DNA of 64,000 bases from Camelus dromedarius. Taxonomy: Eukaryota. Made by a program: the position numbers and the translations under genes. The notes below the pieces were generated by a model. It ran no database searches. It had not been told where the DNA came from and saw nothing but the letters and a program-made list of their open reading frames with translations. Positions 13,771-25,892 of this stretch are shown here, piece after piece. The stretch lies in contig NC_087436.1 of assembly GCF_036321535.1 (NCBI RefSeq), positions 69,380,001 to 69,444,000 on the forward strand, written 5' to 3'. Numbering within the stretch: the first letter of the stretch is position 1; every line of letters begins with the position of its first letter.

Positions 13771-15613
13771 GATTGCTTTGCTTTCTTTCATATCAATATC
13801 TTTTTGTTGTTAAATCTGCACTCCTAGGTTAGTAATCTGTTGTGTTTAATGGATTGAAATGAAGAGAATTTAGTATGAGAGTTAAAAAAAAATGCTTAAT
13901 CTGCATGAAGAGATTGTGAGACAATATCTCAAACTTGGGAAAGCATTTCCCAAATTTCTGAAAACATATGCCATTTTAAATACTATGCTTGGGCATTGTT
14001 GAGTAATTAATGATTGGAAGATTATTCACATCGTTAGGAAAATGTGCATATGTTTTACTTTGTCATTTAATCATTCTACTGTGGATGTTGAGTTCAGGTA
14101 CTTTGAATTTGAATGTAGACTTGTACATTTCTGTGCAGTAGAAAGACAATCTCCCAAATTATGACATTATTGCACTATAGGATTTTGATCATTTTGGGGT
14201 CTAACCTAGCACTATTACCCTAACATTTCTTTTTTCTCCAAAATGTTTAGAAATAGTTCCTCAAGTAGTTTTTTGAAAGAAATGCTGTCTTACTGGTTTC
14301 CTTCTCAATTATTTAAACATATCTATGACATGGTTCAGTTAATAACTGTATAAACTATGAGTTATATTTTAAAAATTTGAAAAGCTTTAAATACATTTTA
14401 TAATGAAGATCTTACATTCTGAATAGGCAAATAATGATCTATCTTATAGTATTTTTAAATTTATGAGAGTAAAGAAACATGTTTCTTCTATTTATCAAGC
14501 CTTTATTCTTCTTTCTCAGATTATTGATTTACAAACCCCTCCAAATATTCTTAGGTAAAAACAGCTAGGAAAGAATCAGAGACCATGATCACTATGTCCT
14601 ACCAGTAATTCTTCACTATGAAAGAGGTTCCACAACTGAGTACCAAACTGCTGGAATCAGAAACAAACAAACGACCTTGATCCAGCTATAGATCAGTCAC
14701 TGCTTGATCTACGACTCAGAAAATGTCACCAGGATGAGATTTTAAATTATCTTTTCTCAGTTTTGCCATTTGCATCTTGGACTCTGAACAAGGGTGACTA
14801 GTGGGTACAGCAGTTTTTGCAAATAACTTTCTTTAGGGTCAAGTCTAGAGAAAAAAGCACCTTCTTCTCTTACAGAATGCCCAGGAAATGTCTCAATGCA
14901 ATTTGTCAACCTTGATTATGACAGATGCCATTCAGAACATAAGGCATATTCCTGGGCAGCATAGTTCATTAGAAGCACTCATATTGTTTGTGAGTTTTGA
15001 AAAAATAATTTCACAGAGGGATTTAGAACAGATACCTCAAAAAACAAAAAAGGGAAATGGCTATACAGAACAATACATCAGAAGTACAAACACATTTTAA
15101 AAATTTTAGGAATAAACACAATTTTTAGGAATGATAGAGTATAAGAGATATATCTTTTAAAATCAGTAACAAGGAAATTAAATTTTAAACTCTATGGAAC
15201 TGCAAAAGACTCCAGATAGGATGCAAACAGTAAGTCTGAGAAACAGGAAGTAAATAAAAAAGAAAACAGGGTGTATAAAAGAGGAAGTAAATAAGAGAGT
15301 AGTCCAAAGTTATGGGAATTAAACACACTGTCAGATTTGGGTTTTCCAGATACCCCCCAAAACTTAGTAGCATCAAGCAGGACTTATGCATTAATATAGA
15401 GAATATTCCTTCTCTGAAATATTTTCAGTACTCAATCTTCTAAAACAAAACAAAAAGAAAAAAAGAATTACCATTTTTTTCATTGAAAACTGTTTAGGAG
15501 CAAGAGTTTGAATCCACCCTTAAAAATATCTTTTGTACATTTTCATACAGTCAGAGAAGTATTTCATTTAACATATGAAATAAGAATCCTTATTACATGC
15601 AAATTTTTCTTAC

Positions 15614-16334
15614 CTAAAACTTTGCTGTAATATGCATCCCATTCTGGAAATATATAATATAAATTGATTATATCACCCATTGTGTACAATAACCAATTCT
15701 TCAGCCTCTGTATAAAAGTCATGTTGTCTGTCAGTCTTGATGCAATGCCTGGAACATATGAAGAAGGCATCGGAAGCCCAGCACACAGTCTCTCAATGGT
15801 ATTCCCAATGGAACAGCGTAAAGAGTATATAAATGGAATACCGAGGATCTCAGCCACCAACTCCCCACAAAAGTTTAAAGAGTCAGCCAAACAGATATCA
15901 AACTTAGCTGCCTGTAGTCTGCTGAGTAAATCCTTATTTGAGATAGCACTATCACATAGTCTTTTGGGTATTGCTAAAAGATTGTTCATCATTTCTCTAG
16001 ATCTTATTAGCATGTCCCACCAGGAGAGTTTTGGTAGTTCAAAAGAAACTGTATAGATATTGGTATCGAGTTCTTCCCTGAGAGTTTCTTTAGTTACCGG
16101 AAGTTGGAAGATCTCCACATTAAAGGGAATCTTGGTATGATCAAGCAGGAGACTTGGTGAAGGTACCAGAACAGTTATCTCGTGCCCACGACGGTGGAGT
16201 TCTTCCAGAATCACTTTTATATTAATCCAATGACTAAAATCTGCAGGCCATACAAGTACTTTCCCAGTCCTTCCAGAGTCAAAGAAACCCAGATGCAGCA
16301 TGAAAAGGACACAGAAGCCTTTCACAGTCTTCAT
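15614..16334 (-). CDS. UGT2C1: UGT2C1-like exon 1 (721 bp; signal peptide and aglycone-binding domain)
   Basis: MKTVKGFCVLFMLHL...GKVLVWPADFSHW...VPSPSLLLDHTKIPFNVE...LCDSAISNK...EWDAYYSKVL(G). The SPSLLLDHTKIPFNVE block matches my recollection of UGT2C1-type proteins rather than UGT2A/2B. The catalytic His (SHW) and Asp (CLAD) are retained. Donor GTAAGA at 15613, phase 1. Confidence 0.92.
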
Positions 16335-16378
16335 GATTAACTCTCGCTGAAACGAAATCTGAGTTTAAAACAAGTGCA

Positions 16379-16460
16379 TGACTCACAATCCAAACACATT
16401 TCCTTGTCCCGCCTAACCAATTTATAGTAGGTTGGGCTGAACTTTGAAGTGTGTACTTTG
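16379..16460 (-). promoter_or_regulatory. Proximal promoter of the UGT2C1-like gene (TATA, two HNF4-like motifs, AP-1)
   Basis: Minus-strand TATAAA at 16426-16421, 87 bp upstream of the ATG. DR1-like ACTTCAAAGTTCA at 16450-16438, CAAAGTACA at 16460-16452, and TGAGTCA at 16385-16379. These are motif matches only. Confidence 0.6.
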
Positions 16461-16483
16461 TATTATGGATTAAAACAAAATGC

Positions 16484-17175
16484 AGGAAGTCCTGTATTGC
16501 TATAAACTGCCCTCTTAACACTACCTTTGCTGTGTCCCATAAATTTTGTGTGGTTGTACTTTCATTTTCACTTATCTCAAGATAGTTTTTAATTTCAACT
16601 TTGATTTCATCATTGACCCATTGTTTTTTTTAAATAACGTATTGTTTAATCTCCATGCTTTCTTTTTTTTCTCCTTTGTTTCTCTGTTGTTGATTTCTAG
16701 TTTTAGGGCATCTTGGTCAGTAAAGATGCTTGAGATAATTTCTATCTTCTTAAAATTGTTGAGGTTTCTTTTGTTCTCAAGTACATGATCAATCCTAGAA
16801 AATGTTCCACGTGCACCTGAAAAGATTGTATATCCTATTTTTGGGGGGTGTAATGCTCTGAAAATATCCATCAACTCTAATTTTTCTATTGCATTATTTA
16901 ATTTCTCTGTTGCCTTATTTATTTTCTGTCTGGAAGATCTGTCTAGTGATGTTAATGTGGTGTTAAAATCTCCAACTATGATTGTATTCCAATCAATATC
17001 CCCCTTTATCTCTGTTAGTAATTGTTTTATGTACTTAGGTGCTCCTATAGTGGGTGCATATATATTAACGAGTGTAATATCCTCATCTTGTATCACTCCT
17101 TTAATCATTATAAAATGTAAAATGTCCTTTTTTATATTTCTTTATGGCCTTTGTTTTAAAGTCTATTTTGTCTGA
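16484..17175 (-). mobile_element. Inverted 5' portion of an L1 (ORF2 endonuclease domain)
   Basis: ORF 16572..17108(-) MIKGVIQDEDITLVNIYAPTIGAPKYIKQ...IIVGDFNT...SRIDH is the L1 ORF2 APE-like endonuclease. Similarity ends at ...FIAIQDFL near 16484. Confidence 0.92.
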
Positions 17176-18930
17176 AGGAAATTAAAGAAGACTTTAAAAA
17201 ATTGGAAAGATATCCCATGTTCTTGCATTGGAAGAATCAATATTGTTAAAATGGTCACACTGCCCAAGGCCATCTACAGATTTAATGCAATCCCTATCCA
17301 ATTACCCAGGACATATTTCACAGAACTAGAACAAATCATAATAAAATTCATATGGAACCATCAAAGACCTAGAATTGCCAAAGCATTACTGAAGAGAAAG
17401 AAAGAGGCTGAAGGAATAACTCTCCAAGACTTCAGACAATACTATAGAGCTACAGTCATCAAGACAGCATGGTATTGGTACAAAAACAGACGTATAGACC
17501 AATGGAACAGAATAGAGAGCCCAGAAATGAACCCACAAACTTTTGGTCAACTAACCTTTGACAAAGGAGGCAAGAATATACAATGGAATAAAGACAGTCT
17601 CTCCAGGAAATGGTGTTGGGAAAACTGGACAGCAGCATGTAAAACAGTGAAGCTAGAACACTCCCTTACACCATACACAAAAATCAACTCAAAATGGATC
17701 ACAGAATTCAACATAAGACAAGATACAATAAGCCTCCTAGAGGAAAATATAGGCAAAACATTATCTGACATACATCTCAAAAATGTTCTCCTAGAACAGT
17801 CTACTCAAGCAATAGAAATAAAAGCAAGAAGAAACAAATGGACCTAATGAAACTTACAAGCTTCTGCACAGCAAAGGAAACCATAAGTAAAACAAAAAAC
17901 CTATGGAATGGGAAAAAATTTTTGCAAATGAAATCAACAAAGGCTTGATCTCCAGAATTATAAGCAGCTCATATGACTTAATAAGAAAAAAATAAACAGC
18001 CCAATCCAAAAGTGGGCAGAAGACCTAAACAAGCAATTCTCCAAGGAAGACATACACATGATCAACAGGCACATGAAAAAATGCTCAATATAACTAATTA
18101 TCAGAGAAATGCAAATCAAAACTGCAATGAGGTATCACCTCACACCAGCCAGAATGGCCATCAATCAAAAATCCACAAATGACAAATGCTGGAGAGGCTA
18201 TGGAGAAAAGGGAACCCTCCTTCACTGCTGGTGGGAATGCAGTTTGGTGCAGCCACTGTGGAAAACAGTATGGAGATTCCTTAAAAGACTAGGAATAGAC
18301 TGACCATATGACCCAGGAATCCCACTCCTGGGCATATATCCAGAAGGAACCCTACTTCAGGATGATACATGCACCCCAATGTTCATAGCAGCATTATTTA
18401 CAGTAGCCAAGACATGGAAACAGCCTAAATGTCCATCAACAGATAACTGGATAAAGAAGAGGTGGTATATTTATACAGTGGAATACTACTCAGCCATAAA
18501 AACTGACAACATAACACCATTTGCAGCAACATGGATGCTCCTGGAGAATGTCATTCTAAGTGAAGTAAGCCAGAAAGAGAAAGAAAAATACCATATGAGA
18601 CTGCTCATATGTGGAATCTAAAAAACAAACAAAGAAACAAACAAAGCATAAATACAAAACAGAAACAGATTCATAGACATAGAATACAAACTTGTGGTTG
18701 CCAAGGGGGGTGGGGGAGTGGGAAGGGATTTCAAAATTGTAGAATAGATAAACAAGATTATGCTGTATAGCACAGGGAAATATATACAAGATCTTATGGT
18801 AGCTCACAGAGAAAAAAAATGTGACAATGAATATATATATGTTCATGTATAACTGAAAAATTTGCTCTACACTGGAATTTGACACAACATGGTAAAATGA
18901 TTATAAATCAATAAAATGTTAAAAAAATAA
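17172..18930 (+). mobile_element. L1 ORF2 C-terminal portion, 3'UTR and A-rich tail
   Basis: ORFs [16 protein letters not shown]..., [13 protein letters not shown]...[10 protein letters not shown] and MFIAALFTVAKTWKQPKCPS are the L1 ORF2 C-terminus with frameshifts. AATAAA and A tail at ~18910-18930. Confidence 0.95.
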
Positions 18931-19291
18931 AATGAAATTCAACTATTTTGATAGGGAGAAAAAAGGTTGAGAATGTCATACACTGAGATAGGAAAAAAAT
19001 TACTCAGAATAATCATTTCAAAACTTTTTTAGGAGGATATAAAAATAAAGAACCGCACACCTATCATCAGTTAAGCTTCAAAAAAGTGTCATGAATATAC
19101 AATAGAGAAAAGACAGACTGTTTAGCAAGTGGTGCTGGGAAAGCTGGACTGCCGCATCGTGAGTGGACTTAAGATGAGTTAAGGCCGTGGGACCCAAGGC
19201 CACGATCTCGCAGTATGGCAGCTCCTTGCGCATTGTTTTGGTTGGGCCGCTAACCTCCTCAAATCCCACTTCAGCTCCCTTGGCTGACACT

Positions 19292-19310
19292 TGGCGCTGT
19301 GAGCAGGATT
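19292..19310 (+). other. Primer-binding site complementary to the tRNA-Ser(CGA) 3' end
   Basis: TGGCGCTGTGAGCAGGATT lies 2 nt after the 5' LTR and is the reverse complement of AATCCTGCTCACAGCG-CCA, the mammalian tRNA-Ser-CGA 3' end as I recall it. Confidence 0.85.
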
Positions 19311-22300
19311 GGGTGAGTGCCCCTTCTGAACACCCTGCCCCTGATGGGGATTCTTAGATGGAAACTATGTGGTCCCCTACCTCTCTATGGTACCTGGTGG
19401 CAGCCTATTTGCTGACATGGGCTCAGCCTGAGGATTGGGACACAGAGGCGCCCCTCCAGATGAAGTACGGAGGGCGCTGGAATTGTTAGAAAATAATGTC
19501 CCACTAGCCCACTGAGAGGCAGCCAGGAGGGTGGCCTGGGTGTTCTTGTAGGTTTTGCAGTGCGCTAGCCAAGACAGGAGAGAATTGCAGGCACAAGTGG
19601 AGCAGTTACAGCGCAGGGAAGAGGAACTTGAGCAGAGACTCGGCACAACAGAAAGATGCCTGCATGGTCCTATCTCTGCTGCCTCCGAGAGTGGTAAAGC
19701 CTGTGCGTCTCCTGTCCCACCATCTCCAAGAGAGGTAAGCCTGGCCCCTACCCTTGTTCCACTGCATCTATGGCCCATGGTGAGGCAGCAGGTGGAACTG
19801 GAGGAGCCCATGGCTCAGGGGGGAGCTCCTGCAGGACCACAGCAAGTGACATGACAAACCACCTATAAGTCTTACACATCAACGGAATTGAGAGACCTGG
19901 CAAAGTAGTGCAAACAATGTACGGGTGAGTCAGTCCCCACATGGCTACTGTGCCTTTGGGATGATGGGGCTGACCAGACTGAGCTGTCTCCGAAGGAGAT
20001 GGGCCAGCTGGCCAGCATAACAACCATCCCCTCATTGCGGCAACAGCTGCAAACTATTCCCCAGTCTAATGCTGATGCTGGCAACCATAACACTGATAAA
20101 CTGGTTGGTGGCTGCTGCACGCACTGTGTGGGACAATTTGCCTGAACATGTGAGTAAATGGACTTAGCGCAAGTTGTCTGGGAAATGGGCATGTGCCAGA
20201 TGATGTTTGCTTTGCATTTCCGTAGTCCAGATGATGAGCTCCTTACAGCTTGGATGAAAGATTTGATTTTGGCTAATGGCCCAGTGGGAACGTTTGGGAC
20301 CATGGTGGCGCTACTAGCACCATATGTAGACCGCCCCATACATGAAGGCTGAGGCTAGTCTGTGGGACGTAGAGGTGCGCCGAAAGGGGATACATGTTGC
20401 CAAGACTCAAGGTGAGTCAAAGACCTCCTCTGGTGCAGTGACTCAGAAAGGGAAATTCAGAGGAGGAAAAAAGGGGAATGCTCCAATTTTGGGAGGGCCC
20501 CAAAAGCTAGATTGCCAGTAAGATATGGTGTGATTTACTGGCAGCTGGCTTGAACCATATAAAATTAGATGGCCAGCCTTAGGAGGTGCTAATGGCCTTA
20601 TGGAAGAAATTATGGCCTGAGCAACAATATACTCCATTGCCAACCTCCCATCAGGCCCGAGAGGTGGCCTTTGCTGATTTCCTCCTAGGCTAGGAGGAAG
20701 GCTGAGGTGTTCGGGACATGGGACACCCTGACGACCAGAGGCCACATGTTGAACTGACTAGCCACTGAACCCCTGATGGGGAAGCAAGAGGTCCAAGTGC
20801 AGACAACATACCCTATTGCAGGATGGGTACAGACATGGGCAAAGCAACCCCAATTGGGAACTGCCCAGATCCCAACTCTGATGAAGTGGGGTGCTTATTT
20901 GGAACAGATAGCTCAGTATACCACTAGCCCCTTGGCTGCAGAGTTGCAGCAGGTGTTATGGCCTGTGAGATTTGCTGTGCCTGCTGTACAGATGCTCCCA
21001 CAACAAGGGGTGGACCCTGTGCCCAGTCCCTTTTGTGAAGGGAAAGGGCCACCCTCAGGAACTGCTTGGTATACAGATGGATCTTGTAGGGGCAGTCCGC
21101 CCACTTGGGTTGCAGTAGCACTGTACCGTGCCACTGAAGCCTTCTGGTATGAGACAGGAGAAGGCCAATCCAGCCAATGGGCTGAATTACAGGCAGTATA
21201 GATGGTGTTGATGAATGAACCTAGCCCCTTACAGATTTGCATGGATAATTGGGCTGTGTATTGAGGCCTCACTTTGTGGATACCCCAATTGGCCCTGCAA
21301 GACTGGATGATTGGGCACTGACCCCCATGGGGACAACAGATGTGGAAACAATTATAGGGTAAAGGCCAAGAAGGTCAGTATACTATTTACCATGTGCTGG
21401 GATACTGCCCAGCCTTGGCACCGAGCAATGATGCTACTGATGCGCTAGCCCAACTTCGCCCTGTACAGGCCATGGTTCCAGGACCCGACATAGGTACCTG
21501 GCTTCATAAGAAACCTGGTCATGTAGGTTTGTACACAATGAGGCAGGTAGCTGACCAGTAGGGCCTACATCTGAGTCATAGTGAAGCCAAAGATATCGTG
21601 CGGCAGTGCCCATGGTGTGCTAAGAAGCACCCGCACCGGCGGCGATGTCCCCAACAGATGGGGAAGATTGCACGGGGAATTCAGCCACTGCTGGTATGGC
21701 AAATAGATTAGATAGGCCCCTTTGCTCCTAGTACGGGGTTGTGGTACCTGCTGACAGTGGTGGACACCGCTACTGGCCTAGGTTTTGCCTACCATGTGCC
21801 CTGAGCTACACAAGACGCTATTATTACAGCATTGGAAGTTTTACAGGCCTTTTATGGGACTCCCTTAGAAATACAAAGTGATAGAGGGACCCCTTTTACT
21901 GCCCAACAGACCCAAGAATGGGCCAAGGAAAATGATATTAACTGGACATTGCATGTGCCTTACCATCCCCAAGCAGCAGGTATGATTGAATGATATAATG
22001 GCATATTAAAGGACAAACTGAGGGCTCTCAAACCACAAGGGAGAGGCTGGAATAGTGTCTTGCTGCAGGCGGTACGTCTTTTGAATGAACAACCTTGCTG
22101 TACAGGTATGAGCCCACTGGAAAAGTTATTGCAAGGGACCATTCGGAGGCTCAGAGCTGGGCCCATAAAGGATGCCTCTGATGTCTCAATAGTGGGGCAT
22201 TAATAATATGCAACACTAGGGTGTTGAACTCAGGACAAAAGGACACCTGGACATGGAAGAATCAGGTCCAGATTGAAGGCCCCTGGCTAGCCCTTTTGGA

Positions 22301-23153
22301 ACCATGGGGCAACAGGCTAAAGAAAGCCCTGCAGGTAACCCCCCAAGTGGGGGAATGGCCTTTTGATATACAGGTTACTCTAGGGAAAACAGGAGTGTCC
22401 CTACTTAAAGGAGCAGAAGCCCTACAGCTTTGGGCAATTCCACTGATAGCTCCCGAAGCACTCCCAGAGTGTAACCAACCTACCATGGGCGGGTTGGTAT
22501 GGTACTACCGCCCAGGTTGAACAGCCCTTCCTGCCACTGTACTCTTACAAGATGAGAAAGTGGCTTGCATCCTCCCAGAAGTGAGAGATTTGCCAAGCAT
22601 GGTGTTCACCTTTGCTCTGTCCTTCCACCCAGTGTAATAGCAAATACCATGTTTTCCTGGGTGCACACATTTTTGCAAGTACACAGTGTCTCTCACTGTT
22701 GGGTCTGTACTGAACTTCCCACAGACGCAGGAGATAGACTGCTGAGGCACCTCCACCCTGCGTCCAGAGCTAATGGAGCACCTTGGTTCGATGGAATGCC
22801 AACAGGACAGTGAGATCACCCTGGGACTTGCAGCGACAGACTATTTAAAAGACACTCTGACGTGAGTGGGGCAACCCCCCCCCCCACAATTGGAAGGATT
22901 GCATGGAATGGGTGGGGATGGACGAATAGTGTTCATGTAAAAGTGAGAAATTTAAGCCCTCTTTGTATTGAGCAGCAGTTTGAACACAAGGCTCCAAACC
23001 GCAGAATGGGGTGGTTTCCAGAAGGGCTATGTGCCAACATTACTTATAATGTAAATGCCTCCACCTGGTAGGATGCTATACTCTGTATTGTTGTTGTCTT
23101 TGGGCACAAAGCTCCACCCTATGGGCCAGGGTTCCCACGACCTAGGAGGTGAG

Positions 23154-23541
23154 TATCAGTGGCCTTGAGATGAGTTAAGGCCGTGGGACCCAAGGCCATG
23201 ATCACAACATGTTTGTAGTATGAAGTAAATAATGATTGTATGCATGCATCAGTTATATAAGATTTAGAACAAAGCAAATAGATGTATGCATACGCTAGAG
23301 ATATTCTGTAAGCCTCATGAACAAAGAAAATGACACTGCGCATGTGCTGGCAGAAAATAGGTAAAAGCAGGACAGGTGCACCGTAGAGTGAGCACACTAC
23401 CTTGTGGCAATAGAATAAAGTGCTGTAAACTCCATGTTCGCTCTGGGTGAAGCCTGTCTCATGGTATGGCAGCTCCTCGTACATTTTTTCGGTTGGGCCG
23501 CTCACCTCCTAGAATCCCACTTCAACCTCCCTTGGCTGACA
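23154..23541 (+). mobile_element. 3' LTR of the ERV (388 bp)
   Basis: Termini T(A)TCAG...CTGACA, TATATAA at 23254-23260 and AATAAA at 23414-23419. Confidence 0.88.
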
Positions 23542-25427
23542 CACATGTAAATCAATGATGTTTGAACACTCTCTCAAGTCATACACAGAAATAAAGTAAA
23601 AAAGGCTTAAATATAAGACATGATACCACAAAATGCCTAGAAGAGAACATAGGCAAAACATTCTTTGACATAAATTGTAGCAATGTTTTCCTAGTTCAGT
23701 CTCCCAAGGCAATAGAAATAAAAGTAAAAATAAACAAATGGGACCTAATCTAATTTATAAGCCTTTGCACAGCAAAGGAAACCTTAAAAAAAAAAAACCC
23801 AAAAAGACAACCCATGGACTGAGAAAATATTTGCAAATGAAGCAACTGACAAGGGTTTAATTTCTTGATGGATATCATCTAGTCTCTACTATTTTAGGGT
23901 TTGATTGCAATTAACATATTGAGCTCAGTTTTGTAACTACCAACTATCCTTCCCTCAGAGGACAACCACATTGAACATCTTAAAGCTTCAATAAAGACTC
24001 ATTTGGTAGACTTTACCGACTTACATAGCATATCTATCTTAATATGTCCACTACTCTGATCATTTGGATTCTGTCTTCCACTGTTTGCCATGACACTTCC
24101 AGAACATCAGTTTCACTTCCTGTGGGCCATCACTTTTTCCAAGTTTCTACAGGTAGTCTGTTCCCACCATCTCCTGGAGTATGAACACAGGTATTAAATC
24201 CTGTATCCTGAGGGACTGTTTCAAAAATTTAAAAATGTTTCCTTGTACAACTTTATGTTCTATTTTCTTTAATCCAGTCCCTTAGCATGCAATTCCATAT
24301 ATAACCTCCCACTTCCTACTGGTAAATATTGAGTAGGTCCTTCAGTTCTTTTGAGTTATACTGTGCCCCTTAGTAGGTCCACCTTGTACCTGACTGTATT
24401 ACAATGTGACTTGACTCTAGTTATTGGCTTGTGGCCAAGAGGGGAGATAAGAGCAGCTCCTGAGAAGGACACACGATGTCCTGTGGGGTAGAGGACGCTC
24501 TGTCATCCTCCCACAATGGCGAGGTGCTATCATCCCTTCACAGAGAGGAGTGGGACACTTCTGAGGACTCAAAGGGCTCAGGGGCGTCTAGGAATTCAAG
24601 ATTTTCACATGCATTAACCATTTCTCTGATTCTGGACATTCTGCTCTTTCTCAAGTAGGGTCTTGATCTTGGGAAAAGATCAAACTAGGATGGAAAATTA
24701 AGCAGTACTGGAAATGTCTTATATTAAAATAATACAAAAAATTTAGGGGGGAGGGTGCCTTCTTCAAGAGATGAGCATCTCTTTATATGCTGCCGAAGAG
24801 GCTCCTCTTGCTTCCTCACTTAGCCTTTAATTTGATGGTTTAAAATCCTCGCTTTATTATTATATTTTCCAAAGAACGAATTCTACAGAAACAAGCACCT
24901 ACATTCATTTTCCTCATAATTCCTACTTTTACCATATTCATCAAATGCCTAGTAGGTCACAACTACTAATCACTGTTCTCCCAACATTATATGGACATAT
25001 ATATTTCTTCGCAATTCACCCTGACTGAAAGTAGTAAAAATGTCATTTACCACAGTCCAGGGTGTACCTGTGTCTCATCTTAATACAGTGGAGTATTAGG
25101 CATGTCACTTGTTTATTTGTTACATTTTTCGTCCAGCATTTGTCAAGAAACCTCACTTTCTTTGTGTTTGTAGAATATATACGTGTGTATAGTATAAAAA
25201 TCAAAAATAAAAAAGATTTATATTTGTTAAGAGTTCTGAGTAAATGAAAGCATGATAGCTTTTAAATCAAAATATATCAACCATTATAGAAAGTTTGTAC
25301 AAGTGACCTAGAAGCCTGTGACAATCTAGACCTCACTCCAATTTGACAATGATCCACTAATATTTTCAGGGCTTGCTTATTTAAAAAGCTACATATGCAC
25401 TTTGTTACACATAAATCATAATGCCCC

Positions 25428-25892
25428 TGTTATGTATTGGTGTGAAACGCACCATACTAAAATGTAGGTTTTAAGATAGCAGCCAGATTTTTCCTCACAG
25501 CCCTGTGAATCAGCAGTTTGGGCTGAGCTCCGGGAAGTGTTTCTTCGCTGGGACTTGCCTGGGCTTACTCATTAGGCTGCAGTTAGTGATCAGCTTGGGC
25601 AAGGCAGAATGATGCAAGAAGGCTTCAGGCAGATTGACAGGTAGCTTTGATTTTCACTTTCAGGTGGCCTCTCCTACAGACAAGCTTGGATTTATTCGGG
25701 TGATAGCAGAATTCCAGAACAGCTTATATCAAAGTTCTAGGCCAAGTTTGGAAGTCACACATGTCACTTCTGCCTTCTGTTGGGTTTTAAAAATAAGTCA
25801 TGGGTCAAGCCCAGATTCCAAGTGTGGAGAAGTAGCCTCCAACACTTGAAAGGAGGAGTTACAAAAACACATACTCATTTTCAATATACTAC
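25428..25892 (-). mobile_element. MLT1-like (ERVL-MaLR) LTR
   Basis: Contains gcagtttgggctgagctc, cacttctgcc...aagtcatgggtcaagcccagattccaag. These are typical degenerate MLT1 motifs. Confidence 0.6.

Larger units (their letters stand above)
19158..23541 (+). mobile_element. Defective class III endogenous retrovirus (HERV-S-like), 4.4 kb, two LTRs
   Basis: LTRs 19158-19289 and 23154-23541 share both ends (..gatgagttaaggccgtgggacccaaggcc.., ..tcccttggctgaca). 5-bp TSD cgcat/cacat, PBS, and a purine-rich tract at 23144-23153. Degenerate gag, RNase H (WYTDGS..SSQWAEL), integrase (WQID, SDRGTPF, YHPQAAGMIE) and env (CWVC) are present. Confidence 0.9.
19035..23865 (+). mobile_element. L1 ORF2 fragment split by the ERV (19035-19157 and 23542-23865)
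   Basis: The sequence ...gtggtgctgggaaagctggactgccgcat continues after the provirus as ...gtaaatcaatgatgtttgaacactctctc, collinear with the L1 ORF2 seen at 17610-17670. Confidence 0.8.

Noticed and set aside
15664..16056. 130-aa + strand ORF, and similar ORFs at 3263, 45297 and 54525
   Set aside because: They are antisense shadows of real UGT exons with no independent coding evidence.
19377..22819. Many minus-strand ORFs within the GC-rich block
   Set aside because: They are antisense to decayed ERV gag/pol, and higher GC content lengthens chance ORFs.
22565..23071. Possible co-opted env (syncytin-like) gene
   Set aside because: Only short SU fragments broken by stops and frameshifts remain, with no furin site, fusion peptide or TM domain before the LTR.
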